A stretch of DNA of 64,000 nucleotides, taken from positions 32,001 to 96,000 of the IMG/VR virus record IMGVR_UViG_3300017917_002441; one strand, written 5' to 3'. Shown here piece by piece: positions 9,176 through 19,016 of this stretch. The notes beneath the pieces were generated by a model, which saw nothing but the letters and a program-made list of their open reading frames with translations, had not been told where the DNA came from and ran no database searches. The number at the start of each line of letters is the position of its first letter. Position 1 is the stretch's first letter. Origin of the DNA: a virus. The position numbers and the translations under genes are program-made.

Positions 9176-9846
9176 CTTACCAGTGTCAATATTGTAAACG
9201 AGACTTTCAAAAAGAAAGCACACTCAGTGTGCATGTGTGCGAGCAAAAACGTCGCAGACAAGAGAAAGACGACCGCGGAGTACAGTTGGGATTCCAAGCC
9301 TATGTGCGTTTCTTTGAAATGACTCAGGGTTCGGCCAAGTTCAAAACATACGATGACTTTTGCGAAAGTCCTTACTACCGTGCGTTTGTGAAGTTTGGGC
9401 ACTATTGTTACAGCGTCAAAGTAATCAACCCCAAGCAGTTTCTAGAATGGTTGTTGCGGAACAACAAAAAGATTGATCGGTGGGCGTCGGATCAACTGTA
9501 CACAGAATATTTGTTGCACTATCTCAAGTTGGAAAATGTCGCAGATGCTATTGCACGTGCAATTGAGTTTGGTATTGACTGGGCAGAAAAGAACGAAGCC
9601 CAGCCCAATGATTGCTTACGTTACGGCAACGCCAATGCTATGTGTTACGCTATTACCACAGGGCGCATCAGTCCCTGGGTAGTATACAACTGCGAATCAG
9701 GACAGCGTTTTTTAAATGATCTTGACCAAGGTCAAATTGCAATGATATGGCCTTACATTGACAGTGACAGTTGGATGAAAAAGTTTTCAGACTACCCAGC
9801 AGATCAAGAGTGGGCCAAAGAAATGTTAAACAAAGCAGGATGGTAA
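9172..9846 (+). CDS. Protein with N-terminal C2H2-like zinc finger
   Basis: YQCQYCKRDF...L..HVC. Confidence 0.65.
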   Translation: MTYQCQYCKRDFQKESTLSVHVCEQKRRRQEKDDRGVQLGFQAYVRFFEMTQGSAKFKTYDDFCESPYYRAFVKFGHYCYSVKVINPKQFLEWLLRNNKKIDRWASDQLYTEYLLHYLKLENVADAIARAIEFGIDWAEKNEAQPNDCLRYGNANAMCYAITTGRISPWVVYNCESGQRFLNDLDQGQIAMIWPYIDSDSWMKKFSDYPADQEWAKEMLNKAGW

Positions 9847-9847
9847 T

Positions 9848-10210
9848 ATGATTAAAGGAATCGGACCCAGTGGCAAGTACATCACTACATCTGGTGGTGG
9901 TGGTGCTACTTCTACATACGTAAACAATTATGGCAGTGCCATGGGCACAGGCAACATGCGCTACAACACTTCTAGTCAAAACATCGAAGTATGGGATGGT
10001 AGTAACTGGATTATGTTAAACATGGGTTATGCCAGTGTGGGACTTACTGATGAAGCAGAGTCTTTGCTAGACTGGGCAAAACAAAAACGGGCCGAAGAAT
10101 TTGAAATCAATGAATTGGCCAAGAGCAATGCCACCTTGGCAGATGCAGTGGCAGTGTTAAAGCAAGCACAAGAACAAGTTAAAATTTTAGCAGCCTTGGT
10201 AAAAGAATGA
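9848..10210 (+). CDS. Hypothetical protein
   Basis: ORF in operon; C-terminal coiled coil. Confidence 0.65.
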   Translation: MIKGIGPSGKYITTSGGGGATSTYVNNYGSAMGTGNMRYNTSSQNIEVWDGSNWIMLNMGYASVGLTDEAESLLDWAKQKRAEEFEINELAKSNATLADAVAVLKQAQEQVKILAALVKE

Positions 10211-11256
10211 CGCTGAAAATCAATGCATCTGGTTTGCTAGAAAATTTTATCAATAGATATTTGATCTGGCGCGACTTTCAAAATTTCTATAACACTGCCA
10301 GCGAACCAGTTGCGAAGATAGCCAAGGACGGTATTCCTTGTTTTGGGTATTGGGAAATTAACAAGATAAATGCTAGCACTGCTCCGTTGGTTGCAATAGA
10401 CTGCATGACCGAAGGAATACATTCTAGAAAAACATTTGATCACTATCGTGCAGACAAAAAATATATAATTTTTTGCAACGGTGACTGGGACCCAACGTAC
10501 TATGATTTAAAGATTGATTATGTTGTGGTACCTCATTTGTTTTTTCTGTTTGAGATGGCTGACACTTACAACAGTCCAAATCGTTTTTGTTATTTTACAG
10601 ACAAAGTTTATGACTTTGATTGCCACAAAGAGTATGAGTTTGTGACCACAATTGGCAACGTTCGTCCCGAGAGAACTAAGTTAGTAGATAAACTAGTAGA
10701 AATTGCCAAGCACAAAAAATGTATTGTTCGATACAGTGGCCAGGATTATGCAGAGCCCAGCGACCATCTTGATGTAATAAAATTCACCCCTGGAGAGTTT
10801 GACCCTTACATTGATGTTCAGCCAACACACTATCATAATGTAAGTCAAACCTTGCCCATGAAAATGTATAACTTGGCTCGATTTAACCTGGCAGTTGAGA
10901 CTGACATTGATTTCCAGCACTCGTTTTTTCTGACAGAAAAAACAATCAAAGTGTTGTTGACTGGTATGCCGTTTGTATCAATGAATCATCCAAATTTTTT
11001 ACCAAGGCTACACAAACTTGGGTTTACTACATACGGAGAGTTGTGGGACGAAAGTTATGACCAGGAAGTTGATTTTGACAAGCGCCTAGAAAAAGTTGTA
11101 CAATTGTGCAACAAGCTATGTAACTTTGATTGGGAAGGCAATCGTGATAAGTTAGAGTTGATTAAATTAAAGAATCAATCAAATTTTTTAAACTTAAATC
11201 ATGTATGCAATAAAGAATTTTTACGGTTTGAACAAATAATAAAAGATATAACATGA
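10207..11256 (+). CDS. Putative glycosyltransferase-like protein (ET...TEK family)
   Basis: VETD...FLTEKT.K....MPF...L.KLGF.TY...DESYD; paralogue of 47242..48414. Confidence 0.5.
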   Translation: MTLKINASGLLENFINRYLIWRDFQNFYNTASEPVAKIAKDGIPCFGYWEINKINASTAPLVAIDCMTEGIHSRKTFDHYRADKKYIIFCNGDWDPTYYDLKIDYVVVPHLFFLFEMADTYNSPNRFCYFTDKVYDFDCHKEYEFVTTIGNVRPERTKLVDKLVEIAKHKKCIVRYSGQDYAEPSDHLDVIKFTPGEFDPYIDVQPTHYHNVSQTLPMKMYNLARFNLAVETDIDFQHSFFLTEKTIKVLLTGMPFVSMNHPNFLPRLHKLGFTTYGELWDESYDQEVDFDKRLEKVVQLCNKLCNFDWEGNRDKLELIKLKNQSNFLNLNHVCNKEFLRFEQIIKDIT

Positions 11257-11831
11257 GTGCAGACATTGACATTGATGTGCCCAATCGTGATGCTGTATTA
11301 AAACTGATACAGCATGTACCAGCACGTCAAACACATGACGGGAAAGTTCGTCGTCACAACTCAGGAATCTATGTCACAGCTATCCCGCAAGATCCCATGC
11401 ATGAGTGTGCGGCGTTGGATTATCAAGAAGCTGAACAGCGTGGGTATTTCAAAATTGACTTGTTGAACATGAGTGTGTATCAGCTGGTCAAGGATCCTGC
11501 ACACTATGAAAAGATGTTGACTGCAACACCCCCGTGGTCAAGACTATGGACTGACACAGCGTGGACACAGCAATTGGTGCATGTGGGAAACTATACAGAT
11601 TTATTAAAAAAGATGCAGCCAGATTCTATTCCAAGAATGGCAGCATTTATCAGTATTATTAGACCAGGCAAGGCCCACTTGCAAAATCAACCCTGGGATC
11701 AAGTTTTTAAATCAGTGTGGGATGGTGACGACAGTAAGGGTTACACGTTTAAAAAGAGCCATGCTGTGAGTTATGCGGCTCTTGTTGCTTTGCACATGAA
11801 TCTACTCAATCAAAATTCAGCGCCGGAATAA
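11253..11831 (+). CDS. Miniature DnaE (Pol III alpha)-like protein
   Basis: ADIDID, RHNSGIY, GYFKIDLL, SIIRPG, GYTFKKSHAVSYA are family-C polymerase motifs in only 192 aa. Confidence 0.75.
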   Translation: MSADIDIDVPNRDAVLKLIQHVPARQTHDGKVRRHNSGIYVTAIPQDPMHECAALDYQEAEQRGYFKIDLLNMSVYQLVKDPAHYEKMLTATPPWSRLWTDTAWTQQLVHVGNYTDLLKKMQPDSIPRMAAFISIIRPGKAHLQNQPWDQVFKSVWDGDDSKGYTFKKSHAVSYAALVALHMNLLNQNSAPE

Positions 11832-12540
11832 CAAACTGCTCTGCAAATAGTTTGTGAGCTTTGCTGGTTGGATGAGAAGTGCAGTCCATTTCGCCAAGTT
11901 GATTAGCAAATTCTCCCAAACAGTTGCGTTGACGGTCAATAAAAACCCACTGGTCAAAGCTATAATTTTTATACGCAGGCACATCTTGTAAAAAGTAGTC
12001 CATACAGTAGTCTCCTGTAATAGGCGAAGATTCTACTGCATGATTCCACTGATTAACATAGCCAGCAAATCTGTACTGATATTGATTTGCTTTTAGATAA
12101 CTTTCCAAGTTAACGATATATGACAGTGAGTCTTTACACAGTGATACTGGGTCTGCTAGTTTGTAAGCCCACTCAAAGATTTGTTTTGTGGAAGAGTTAG
12201 TTATCCAACTGTTTGTTAATCCGCCACTAAAAAGATAATACTCGTCGGGACTGTTGGATATGCAACATCTATATCCTTGTTTGAGGTGATAATACCATTC
12301 CCCAGACAGCCTAATGTCTTTTCTCCCGGTGCCAGACCACATGATAACAACAATGGTTTCTGCTGGGTTTAGTTGAGCTGATGCAAGATAGTCAATGGTG
12401 CTGTTAGCAATGTAAAAATTTCCAGCGCCACCTTGTGCTAGATTTTTATAAGTGCTGGGAGTTAGGGAAGAGTTAACGTAGTGCGCCCAAGATTTGCCCT
12501 GTGTAAATGAACAACCGTTTACAACAAGGTTTTTTATCAT
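11806..12540 (-). CDS. SGNH/GDSL-like hypothetical protein
   Basis: VNGCSFT, NLAQGGAGN, MWSG..R.D, C-terminal SHPT..AH. Confidence 0.55.
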   Translation of the reverse strand: MIKNLVVNGCSFTQGKSWAHYVNSSLTPSTYKNLAQGGAGNFYIANSTIDYLASAQLNPAETIVVIMWSGTGRKDIRLSGEWYYHLKQGYRCCISNSPDEYYLFSGGLTNSWITNSSTKQIFEWAYKLADPVSLCKDSLSYIVNLESYLKANQYQYRFAGYVNQWNHAVESSPITGDYCMDYFLQDVPAYKNYSFDQWVFIDRQRNCLGEFANQLGEMDCTSHPTSKAHKLFAEQFVIPALNFD

Positions 12541-12917
12541 TAATCAATTCTCCGTACCAGGGTAATTGATTTACGTTTGGTTTTCTTACGGGAGATATCC
12601 ATTAAGCTACATACTGGACCATGAATGATTTCTAAATCTTTATTGCTGAATGTACGTAGTGTAAAGCGGAATTGGTCCCACTCACTGCGTAAGAAGATGT
12701 TTATGGGTATGCTACGATTGCTCTCCCACCACCAAACACTGGCCAGCTCTAAGAACTGTACTTTGCTGGCTTGATCTACCACAGCACCAAAGTCGTAGAT
12801 GGTGGTAACAGCATCGTCCCTGTTCTGTATTACCCCTACGTATTCTTGATTAGCGTATAAACAAAGCGTTATAAAGGGGTACTTTTCAGCTAGTTTGTCA
12901 AACAGTGTATTGCCCAT
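12540..12917 (-). CDS. Hypothetical protein
   Basis: ORF; WWWESNRSIPINIFL. Confidence 0.7.
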   Translation of the reverse strand: MGNTLFDKLAEKYPFITLCLYANQEYVGVIQNRDDAVTTIYDFGAVVDQASKVQFLELASVWWWESNRSIPINIFLRSEWDQFRFTLRTFSNKDLEIIHGPVCSLMDISRKKTKRKSITLVRRID

Positions 12918-12938
12918 AAATATTATTCGAGGATTCCT

Positions 12939-14006
12939 ATGTATTCAACCACTGCGTACTTATACCAACAAATAACCCGGGTACTTTTGATAGATACCAG
13001 TGGAGCCTACTTTATTGCGAGGTACGACCCTGTGTATGCTAAAACCCTAACTGTTAACAAAGGCGTGGATAACGTTCTACTCTTTGAATTTATCAATCAA
13101 GACCAAAAGCCTGTTAATATCACAGGTTCAAGTTTTGTGTTCCGCTTGCTGAGCCAAGACGGTACTGAACTGTTGCTGGAAAAAGCCATGGAGACTTTGG
13201 CACCCAGCGTAGGTCGTGTAAAAGTTGTGCTGAACACCACAGACACAATTAACATCACAGCACAACCTGCCAGCTACAGCATACAACGCACATCTGGAAA
13301 CTATGTGCAAGCAGTGTATGTTGATGCCAATGCTGGTGCTAGAGCAGACTGCAATATTGTAGACAGCATCATGCCTGATTTTGTGCCCAGCGCAGAACTA
13401 ACTGTACCTGACATTTATGGCAAAGCACAGCAACTACAGCCTGGACCCACAAACTGGCCGGACTGGGCACTGCAACCACAACCTCAAAATACTACGCAAC
13501 TAACTGAGTTCTACTCTAGCTATATTGATTCAAGTCAACAAAATATCACAACTATCAAAATGGACATGGATCACTACACTGGTACTGTGAAGTTCCAAGC
13601 CGCAGATGACTATCAAAGCGTGTGGTACGATGTCACTGCCAGCTATGAGTTTTTGGATGAAACCAACACACAGTATTTCAATATTGTTGGGTATTATCCG
13701 CTGATGAGAGCCGCGTTTAACAATCAATTTGGTTGGGGTGCGCAAGGCACACTCAACGTCACTGATGGGGTAGTCACAAGTATCACTGTCACCAACGGTG
13801 GCCAAGGTTATTTGGCGCCACCCCGTGTGCAAATTTTGGGCAACGGTGCAGGCTGCGTAGCCGAAGCTGTGATACAAAACGGTGTTGTTGTGGGCATCAC
13901 AGTGCTGGAAGGTGGTTCTGGTTATACGCCAATCCAGTACCAAAGTACCAATTATGGTACTGCACTGATTACACCTGGTACAATTACCAACCTCCAATAT
14001 CGTTGA
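12939..14006 (+). CDS. Probable virion structural (baseplate/tail-associated) protein
   Basis: TAAATA at 12917; beta-rich; C-terminal VT.I.V...G.GY repeats. Confidence 0.55.
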   Translation: MYSTTAYLYQQITRVLLIDTSGAYFIARYDPVYAKTLTVNKGVDNVLLFEFINQDQKPVNITGSSFVFRLLSQDGTELLLEKAMETLAPSVGRVKVVLNTTDTINITAQPASYSIQRTSGNYVQAVYVDANAGARADCNIVDSIMPDFVPSAELTVPDIYGKAQQLQPGPTNWPDWALQPQPQNTTQLTEFYSSYIDSSQQNITTIKMDMDHYTGTVKFQAADDYQSVWYDVTASYEFLDETNTQYFNIVGYYPLMRAAFNNQFGWGAQGTLNVTDGVVTSITVTNGGQGYLAPPRVQILGNGAGCVAEAVIQNGVVVGITVLEGGSGYTPIQYQSTNYGTALITPGTITNLQYR

Positions 14007-14031
14007 CTGTTGTCAAGCAATCTGTTAACAT
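14003..14031 (+). promoter_or_regulatory. sigma70-type promoter, leaderless geometry
   Basis: TTGACT-17-TAACAT with TG extension; ATG 14038 is 6 nt after -10. Confidence 0.55.
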
Positions 14032-14037
14032 AAGCAG

Positions 14038-15024
14038 ATGCTTGACATCTTGACGTATCTTCCTGCGAAACGAAAACAGACCCCCAGCGGCTGGATCAGT
14101 TTCAATGCACCGTGTTGTCAACACAACGGCAACACCCAGGATCGTCGTCAGCGTGGTGGTCTAAAGCCCAATGATCAAGGTTGGAGTTATCACTGTTTCA
14201 ATTGTGGATACACTGCCAGCTTTCAACTTGGGCGCAATGTTTCATTCAAGGCACGTAGACTGCTGGGTTGGATGGGAGTGCCCGACAATGAAATTGAGCA
14301 TTTGAATTTAGAAAGTATGAAGCACAGAAATGTGCATGGCATATTAAACGAACGTCAGCGGCTGAGCAATGCGCTGAGTGCCATTGAATTTGAAGAAAAG
14401 GACTTGCCGCCTTTTGCTGAATTGCTAACACCTGAGCACAAGTATTACTGGGATTATGTTCAAAGTCGATGTGTGCCTGCAGACTTTCCCATGATGGTTC
14501 AAATTGAAAACGACGGCATACATTGGACAAGATCACATGTAGTTGTGCCATTTACATACGACAATAAAGTAGTTGGTTGGACTTGTAGATTTTTAGACAA
14601 CAAACAACCCAAATACATTTCAGACAGTCAACCTGGTTATGTGTTTGGAGTAGATTTGCAACATAGTGACTGGCAACATGTGATTGTGACCGAAGGTATA
14701 TTTGATGCACTCAGCATCAACGGTGTGGCAGTGATGCACAACACCATAAGCGACGCACAGGCCAGACTGATACGCAGCCTGGACCGTGCCATTACAGTGG
14801 TTCCTGACATGGACAGTGCGGGGGTAGAGTTGATTGACCGTGCAGTGGAATTGGGGTGGGCCGTGAGCATACCTGACTGGCCCGAAGGCGTCAAGGATGT
14901 CAACGATGCTGTGATTCGTTTGGGCAAACTGCCTACACTGCTAACTATACTGCAAGCTAGAGAAACCAGTAAAATTAAGATAGAATTAAAGAGGAAGCAA
15001 CTTGTTAAAAGAATACGGAACTGA
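14038..15024 (+). CDS. DNA primase (gp61/DnaG-like)
   Basis: Zn ribbon (CC...HCFNC), TOPRIM VTEGIFDA, PDMD..G, KDVND. Confidence 0.9.
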   Translation: MLDILTYLPAKRKQTPSGWISFNAPCCQHNGNTQDRRQRGGLKPNDQGWSYHCFNCGYTASFQLGRNVSFKARRLLGWMGVPDNEIEHLNLESMKHRNVHGILNERQRLSNALSAIEFEEKDLPPFAELLTPEHKYYWDYVQSRCVPADFPMMVQIENDGIHWTRSHVVVPFTYDNKVVGWTCRFLDNKQPKYISDSQPGYVFGVDLQHSDWQHVIVTEGIFDALSINGVAVMHNTISDAQARLIRSLDRAITVVPDMDSAGVELIDRAVELGWAVSIPDWPEGVKDVNDAVIRLGKLPTLLTILQARETSKIKIELKRKQLVKRIRN

Positions 15025-16402
15025 TGTACAGCGATTGTTTCTAGAAATGATGCTGGAGGACGCACAGAGTTTTGTGCGAGTATCCAACATCTACAATGCC
15101 AGCAATTTTGATAAAAATCTGCGCCCGGCCGCAGAGTTTATTCGCGAACACAGCGACAAATTTAAAACCATGCCTGACAGACTGCAGATTGAAGCAGCCA
15201 CAGGTATAAAGTTACAGGCAGTGCCAGACTTGAACGAAGGCCACTATGAGTGGTTCATGCAAGAGTTTGAAGCATTTACCAAGCGCCAAGAACTGGAACG
15301 TGCTATTCTCAAAGCCGCTGACTTGCTGGAAAAGGGCGAGTTTGATCCCGTGGAAAAACTCATAAAGGATGCTGTACAAATTTCATTGACCAAGGACATG
15401 GGCACAGACTTTTGGATGGATCCCGAAGGCATGTTTGCCAAGTACTTTGATGCAGGTGGACAAGTTTCAACTGGTTGGCCACAACTGGACAAACTGTTGT
15501 ATGGTGGGTTCAGTCGCGGCGAACTCAACATCTTTGCAGGTGGATCAGGATCAGGTAAATCCTTGGTGATGATGAACATTGCGCTAAACTGGGTGCAACA
15601 AGGATTGAATGGTGTGTACATCACACTAGAACTTAGTGAAGAGCTCACAGGCTTGCGTACAGCGGCCATGCTGACCAACATGAGCACAAAAGATATCCGC
15701 AAAGACAAAGAAACAGCGGCGTTAAAAGTCAAGTTAGTGGGCAAGAAAGCCGGTAGCTATCAAGTCAAAGCACTGCCAGCACAGAGTAACATCAATGACA
15801 TTCGTGCATACTTGAAAGAATATCAAATCAAGAGTGGCAAGAAGGTAGACTTCATGATGATTGACTACTTAGACTTGTTGATGCCTGTCAGCGCAAAAGT
15901 CAGCCCCAATGACTTATTTGTCAAAGACAAGTATGTGTCAGAAGAACTTCGTAACCTAGCCAAGGAGCTGGGTATATTGATGGTAACTGCATCGCAGTTG
16001 AACCGTAGTGCAGTTGAGGAGATTGAGTTTGATCACTCGCATATTTCAGGTGGTATTTCAAAGATTAATACTGCGGACAACGTATTTGGTATTTTTACTA
16101 GCCGTGCTATGCGTGAGCGTGGCAAGTATCAAATTCAGTGTATGAAAAGTCGTAGTTCCACAGGTGTGGGACAAAAGATTGACTTGGAGTACAACATTGA
16201 AACCATGCGTATCACAGACGAGGGTGGCGATGAGGGAGGCTCGGGTGGATTTACCAAGAAGCCCAGTATTCTTGAGTCAATTAAAACACAGAGTCGTGTC
16301 GTGGAATCGGCGCCCGATGAAGACGCCGATGTTGGTAAAGTCACTGCCGATGTTCAAAGTGCCAAGCTCAAACAGCTACTTGGCAAAATCAAAACCAATT
16401 AA
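15002..16402 (+). CDS. Replicative DNA helicase (gp41/DnaB-like)
   Basis: GGSGSGKS, ITLEL, IDYLDL, TASQLNR, MKSR. Confidence 0.9.
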   Translation: MLKEYGTDVQRLFLEMMLEDAQSFVRVSNIYNASNFDKNLRPAAEFIREHSDKFKTMPDRLQIEAATGIKLQAVPDLNEGHYEWFMQEFEAFTKRQELERAILKAADLLEKGEFDPVEKLIKDAVQISLTKDMGTDFWMDPEGMFAKYFDAGGQVSTGWPQLDKLLYGGFSRGELNIFAGGSGSGKSLVMMNIALNWVQQGLNGVYITLELSEELTGLRTAAMLTNMSTKDIRKDKETAALKVKLVGKKAGSYQVKALPAQSNINDIRAYLKEYQIKSGKKVDFMMIDYLDLLMPVSAKVSPNDLFVKDKYVSEELRNLAKELGILMVTASQLNRSAVEEIEFDHSHISGGISKINTADNVFGIFTSRAMRERGKYQIQCMKSRSSTGVGQKIDLEYNIETMRITDEGGDEGGSGGFTKKPSILESIKTQSRVVESAPDEDADVGKVTADVQSAKLKQLLGKIKTN

Positions 16403-18021
16403 GTAGTTGAACCCTTGATCACAGCAAAGCGAAGCACAAGAGCTTCGCTGAGTGAACCAGCTGTGGCATTGCGCACATAAATTGTAGCAGATCCAGCACC
16501 ACAGCTGGCAGTAAATGTATAAGCACCAACTGTGCCACCGCTTACATGGTTAATAACCAAGACGTCAGTGGCTGCAATGGTACTGTTGGTCAGTGTAAAA
16601 TTCACAATACCACCGCCGCCCAGGGCAGTGTTTTGCATGGTAATCTGACCCGAAGGCTTGTTAATAACCACTGTGTCAGTTTTGTTACCAGATTGTGATC
16701 CAGTGCCACCTGCACCTGCACCATAACCCATGGTACCGCCATCAGTTAGTATCACACCACTGCCGCCGCTGACCAAGATATTGCCGGCAGCTACATTGCC
16801 TGGGAATGTAGCTACAGTAGATGACACAGTCATGCTCAAGGTCTTGGCATTGGAGCCTGTGGCTGACGTAAACAGTTTGATGTTTGTACCCTGCGCCGAG
16901 TCAGTAAAGTTTTCAGTAGCTACTGCTTCAATTGCACAGCCAGCGCCGCCAGGAGCACCAAAGTCTGTGCCATCCCAGCCCACAAATCCAAATCTTGCCA
17001 GCACATCGCCACTTTGGATTGCTGTGGGCGCGGCCGCTGTTCCACGTGCGGCACGAGCAGTAAAAGTAGGAATAGCACCAGTACCAAATGCATCATTGAC
17101 AATACGGCTTGAAGCACCATCATTGCCGGTGATGTGAATCATGCAACCTGTGTTGGTAAGAGGTTGGTACGTAGTTGACCCTTGGATACTGAATGCACCG
17201 GCTGTATTGGCTGCCACAGTGGGAGTTTTAATTTGTAAAAATCCAGTATCTAACACCTGGAAACTAACGTTACCTGTGCTAGTGTAAGTAGAAAGATTAC
17301 CACCCACGTTGAGGTTACCACTGATACCGGTACCGCCAGCCACTGTCAGCGCACCAGTTGTTTTGCTGGTACTGGCTGTGGTGTTTAAGATGTTTACTGG
17401 GCTGTCAAAAACGTCTCGTGGACGAGTAAGTTCTTGCACTGAAATTTGTGTGCCGCCATCCGCAGTAGTAAATTCATAGATGTAAACGTTGACATAAGGA
17501 GCTGTTTGGCTAAAAGTAATGGTGTTAGATACACCAGCTGTGCCCGGACTTACTCCTTGCAATCCTTCTACGCCCACACGCACACTGGCAGGCAGTGTCA
17601 ATGTATGCGCTGTATTGGTACACACAAACGCAAAACGCAAAACGCCAACTTGCCCATCTGAAGGCCAATTGCTAAAGCTCAAGCTAACTGATCCAGAACT
17701 GGCTGGAATAGCTTGGAACATGCCTGCACTGAAATCAAGGTTGATTGATCCTGAAGTTTGTGCTAAAGTTACTTCTGTAAAGCTGTTGTTCTTGATCTGT
17801 AGATTGCTCAATATGTTGTAGTTCATATTGTTGTCGAGCACAGTACCGTCTAGTGCGGCTTTGAACACACCTTTGCTCTGTAGCTCGTTGATTTCATCAG
17901 CGGCGTACTGGAAATTGGTTTTAGTATTGGTAAAATTGTCGCGGAATCCCTGGGTATTGTTGGGCACTCCGGCAACTGGATAATTACCATCTATGTTGTT
18001 TGGGTTTATCTGACTGGTCAT
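16399..18021 (-). CDS. Tail fibre-like virion protein
   Basis: Gly/Thr/Ser-rich; STSKTTGALTVAGG.GI.GNL.VGG fibre motif; RAARGTAAAPTA; TAAATA upstream on - strand (18045-18050). Confidence 0.7.
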   Translation of the reverse strand: MTSQINPNNIDGNYPVAGVPNNTQGFRDNFTNTKTNFQYAADEINELQSKGVFKAALDGTVLDNNMNYNILSNLQIKNNSFTEVTLAQTSGSINLDFSAGMFQAIPASSGSVSLSFSNWPSDGQVGVLRFAFVCTNTAHTLTLPASVRVGVEGLQGVSPGTAGVSNTITFSQTAPYVNVYIYEFTTADGGTQISVQELTRPRDVFDSPVNILNTTASTSKTTGALTVAGGTGISGNLNVGGNLSTYTSTGNVSFQVLDTGFLQIKTPTVAANTAGAFSIQGSTTYQPLTNTGCMIHITGNDGASSRIVNDAFGTGAIPTFTARAARGTAAAPTAIQSGDVLARFGFVGWDGTDFGAPGGAGCAIEAVATENFTDSAQGTNIKLFTSATGSNAKTLSMTVSSTVATFPGNVAAGNILVSGGSGVILTDGGTMGYGAGAGGTGSQSGNKTDTVVINKPSGQITMQNTALGGGGIVNFTLTNSTIAATDVLVINHVSGGTVGAYTFTASCGAGSATIYVRNATAGSLSEALVLRFAVIKGSTT

Positions 18022-18094
18022 TTCACGTCCTTGTGTCGTTTAGATATTTATTGCCAGTCCGAACCTGCTAAATAATACAAAGGCCCCTAAGAGC

Positions 18095-18343
18095 ATGCAA
18101 AAGAAAACTCGTAGCTTACTAGAAGAATTGGACTCGATGTATGTCGAGCGTGATCGCCGTTTGTTGATTGAAAATCGTGCAAATACGCTGATACAAAACG
18201 CTATTCGACTGCTGGAAGAGATTGATCAAGAATACACTCCTGAGCAAGCTGAAAATCTAACTCGCAAATTGTTGAATGCAATACGCAATAGGGAACCTGA
18301 AAAATTCGTTAGATCCGTCAGGAGAACTCATGCAGATTCGTGA
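18095..18343 (+). CDS. Hypothetical late protein
   Basis: TAAATA at 18069. Confidence 0.7.
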   Translation: MQKKTRSLLEELDSMYVERDRRLLIENRANTLIQNAIRLLEEIDQEYTPEQAENLTRKLLNAIRNREPEKFVRSVRRTHADS

Positions 18344-19016
18344 AATAGTTACTGAAGCCGCTCCAGGCTCGGCTGGTGCTCAAGCTGGTGTTTTTGGCAA
18401 GGCTTTTGCCGGCGCATTGGGACAAAAGATTGCCCCGGGTGCTAACCTTGGTGGACCACAAGCTGGTGCAGTGGCTCCTGGACAACGTGCTCAAGCCGCA
18501 CAGCAAATCAACCAAGCCGCTGTTGCTACACTAGCCAACAAAGGACAGCAAGCTTGGGTGCAGACTCTAAAGAAAATGATAGCTCAGAGTGATAATCCTG
18601 CACTGAGCCCAGACAAATTAGATATCAATGACACCAAAGAAAGTCTTGATGACATGGTACAAACTATGCTGGGCTTTGACCCAGCTGAGATCACCAGAAT
18701 GACTTCACCTGAAGCCAAAGCAGCCGGTGAAAAACTCAACAACGGCATTGCCATGGTGCTCAAAGCTAGTTCTACCCCACAAACCAATGACACAGCAATG
18801 AAGGCAGCCTGGGCTACGTTAGCTCTGGGTATTGCTGAAGCGCAAAATGCCAAATCATTCTTTGGTGGGGGAGCCACCAAAGGACCGGGTAAATTACCCG
18901 AAGTAACAGTGGGAGCGGATGGTAAACTATTGTATGATGGCAAACCTTTCAATGCCAGCGATCCACAACATGTGACTATGTCGCAAATTTTAGCTAAACA
19001 ATCGGCAGCAAAATGA
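18330..19016 (+). CDS. Hypothetical, probable head-packaged protein
   Basis: AGGAG SD; MQIREIVTEA N-terminus; Ala-rich. Confidence 0.6.
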   Translation: MQIREIVTEAAPGSAGAQAGVFGKAFAGALGQKIAPGANLGGPQAGAVAPGQRAQAAQQINQAAVATLANKGQQAWVQTLKKMIAQSDNPALSPDKLDINDTKESLDDMVQTMLGFDPAEITRMTSPEAKAAGEKLNNGIAMVLKASSTPQTNDTAMKAAWATLALGIAEAQNAKSFFGGGATKGPGKLPEVTVGADGKLLYDGKPFNASDPQHVTMSQILAKQSAAK

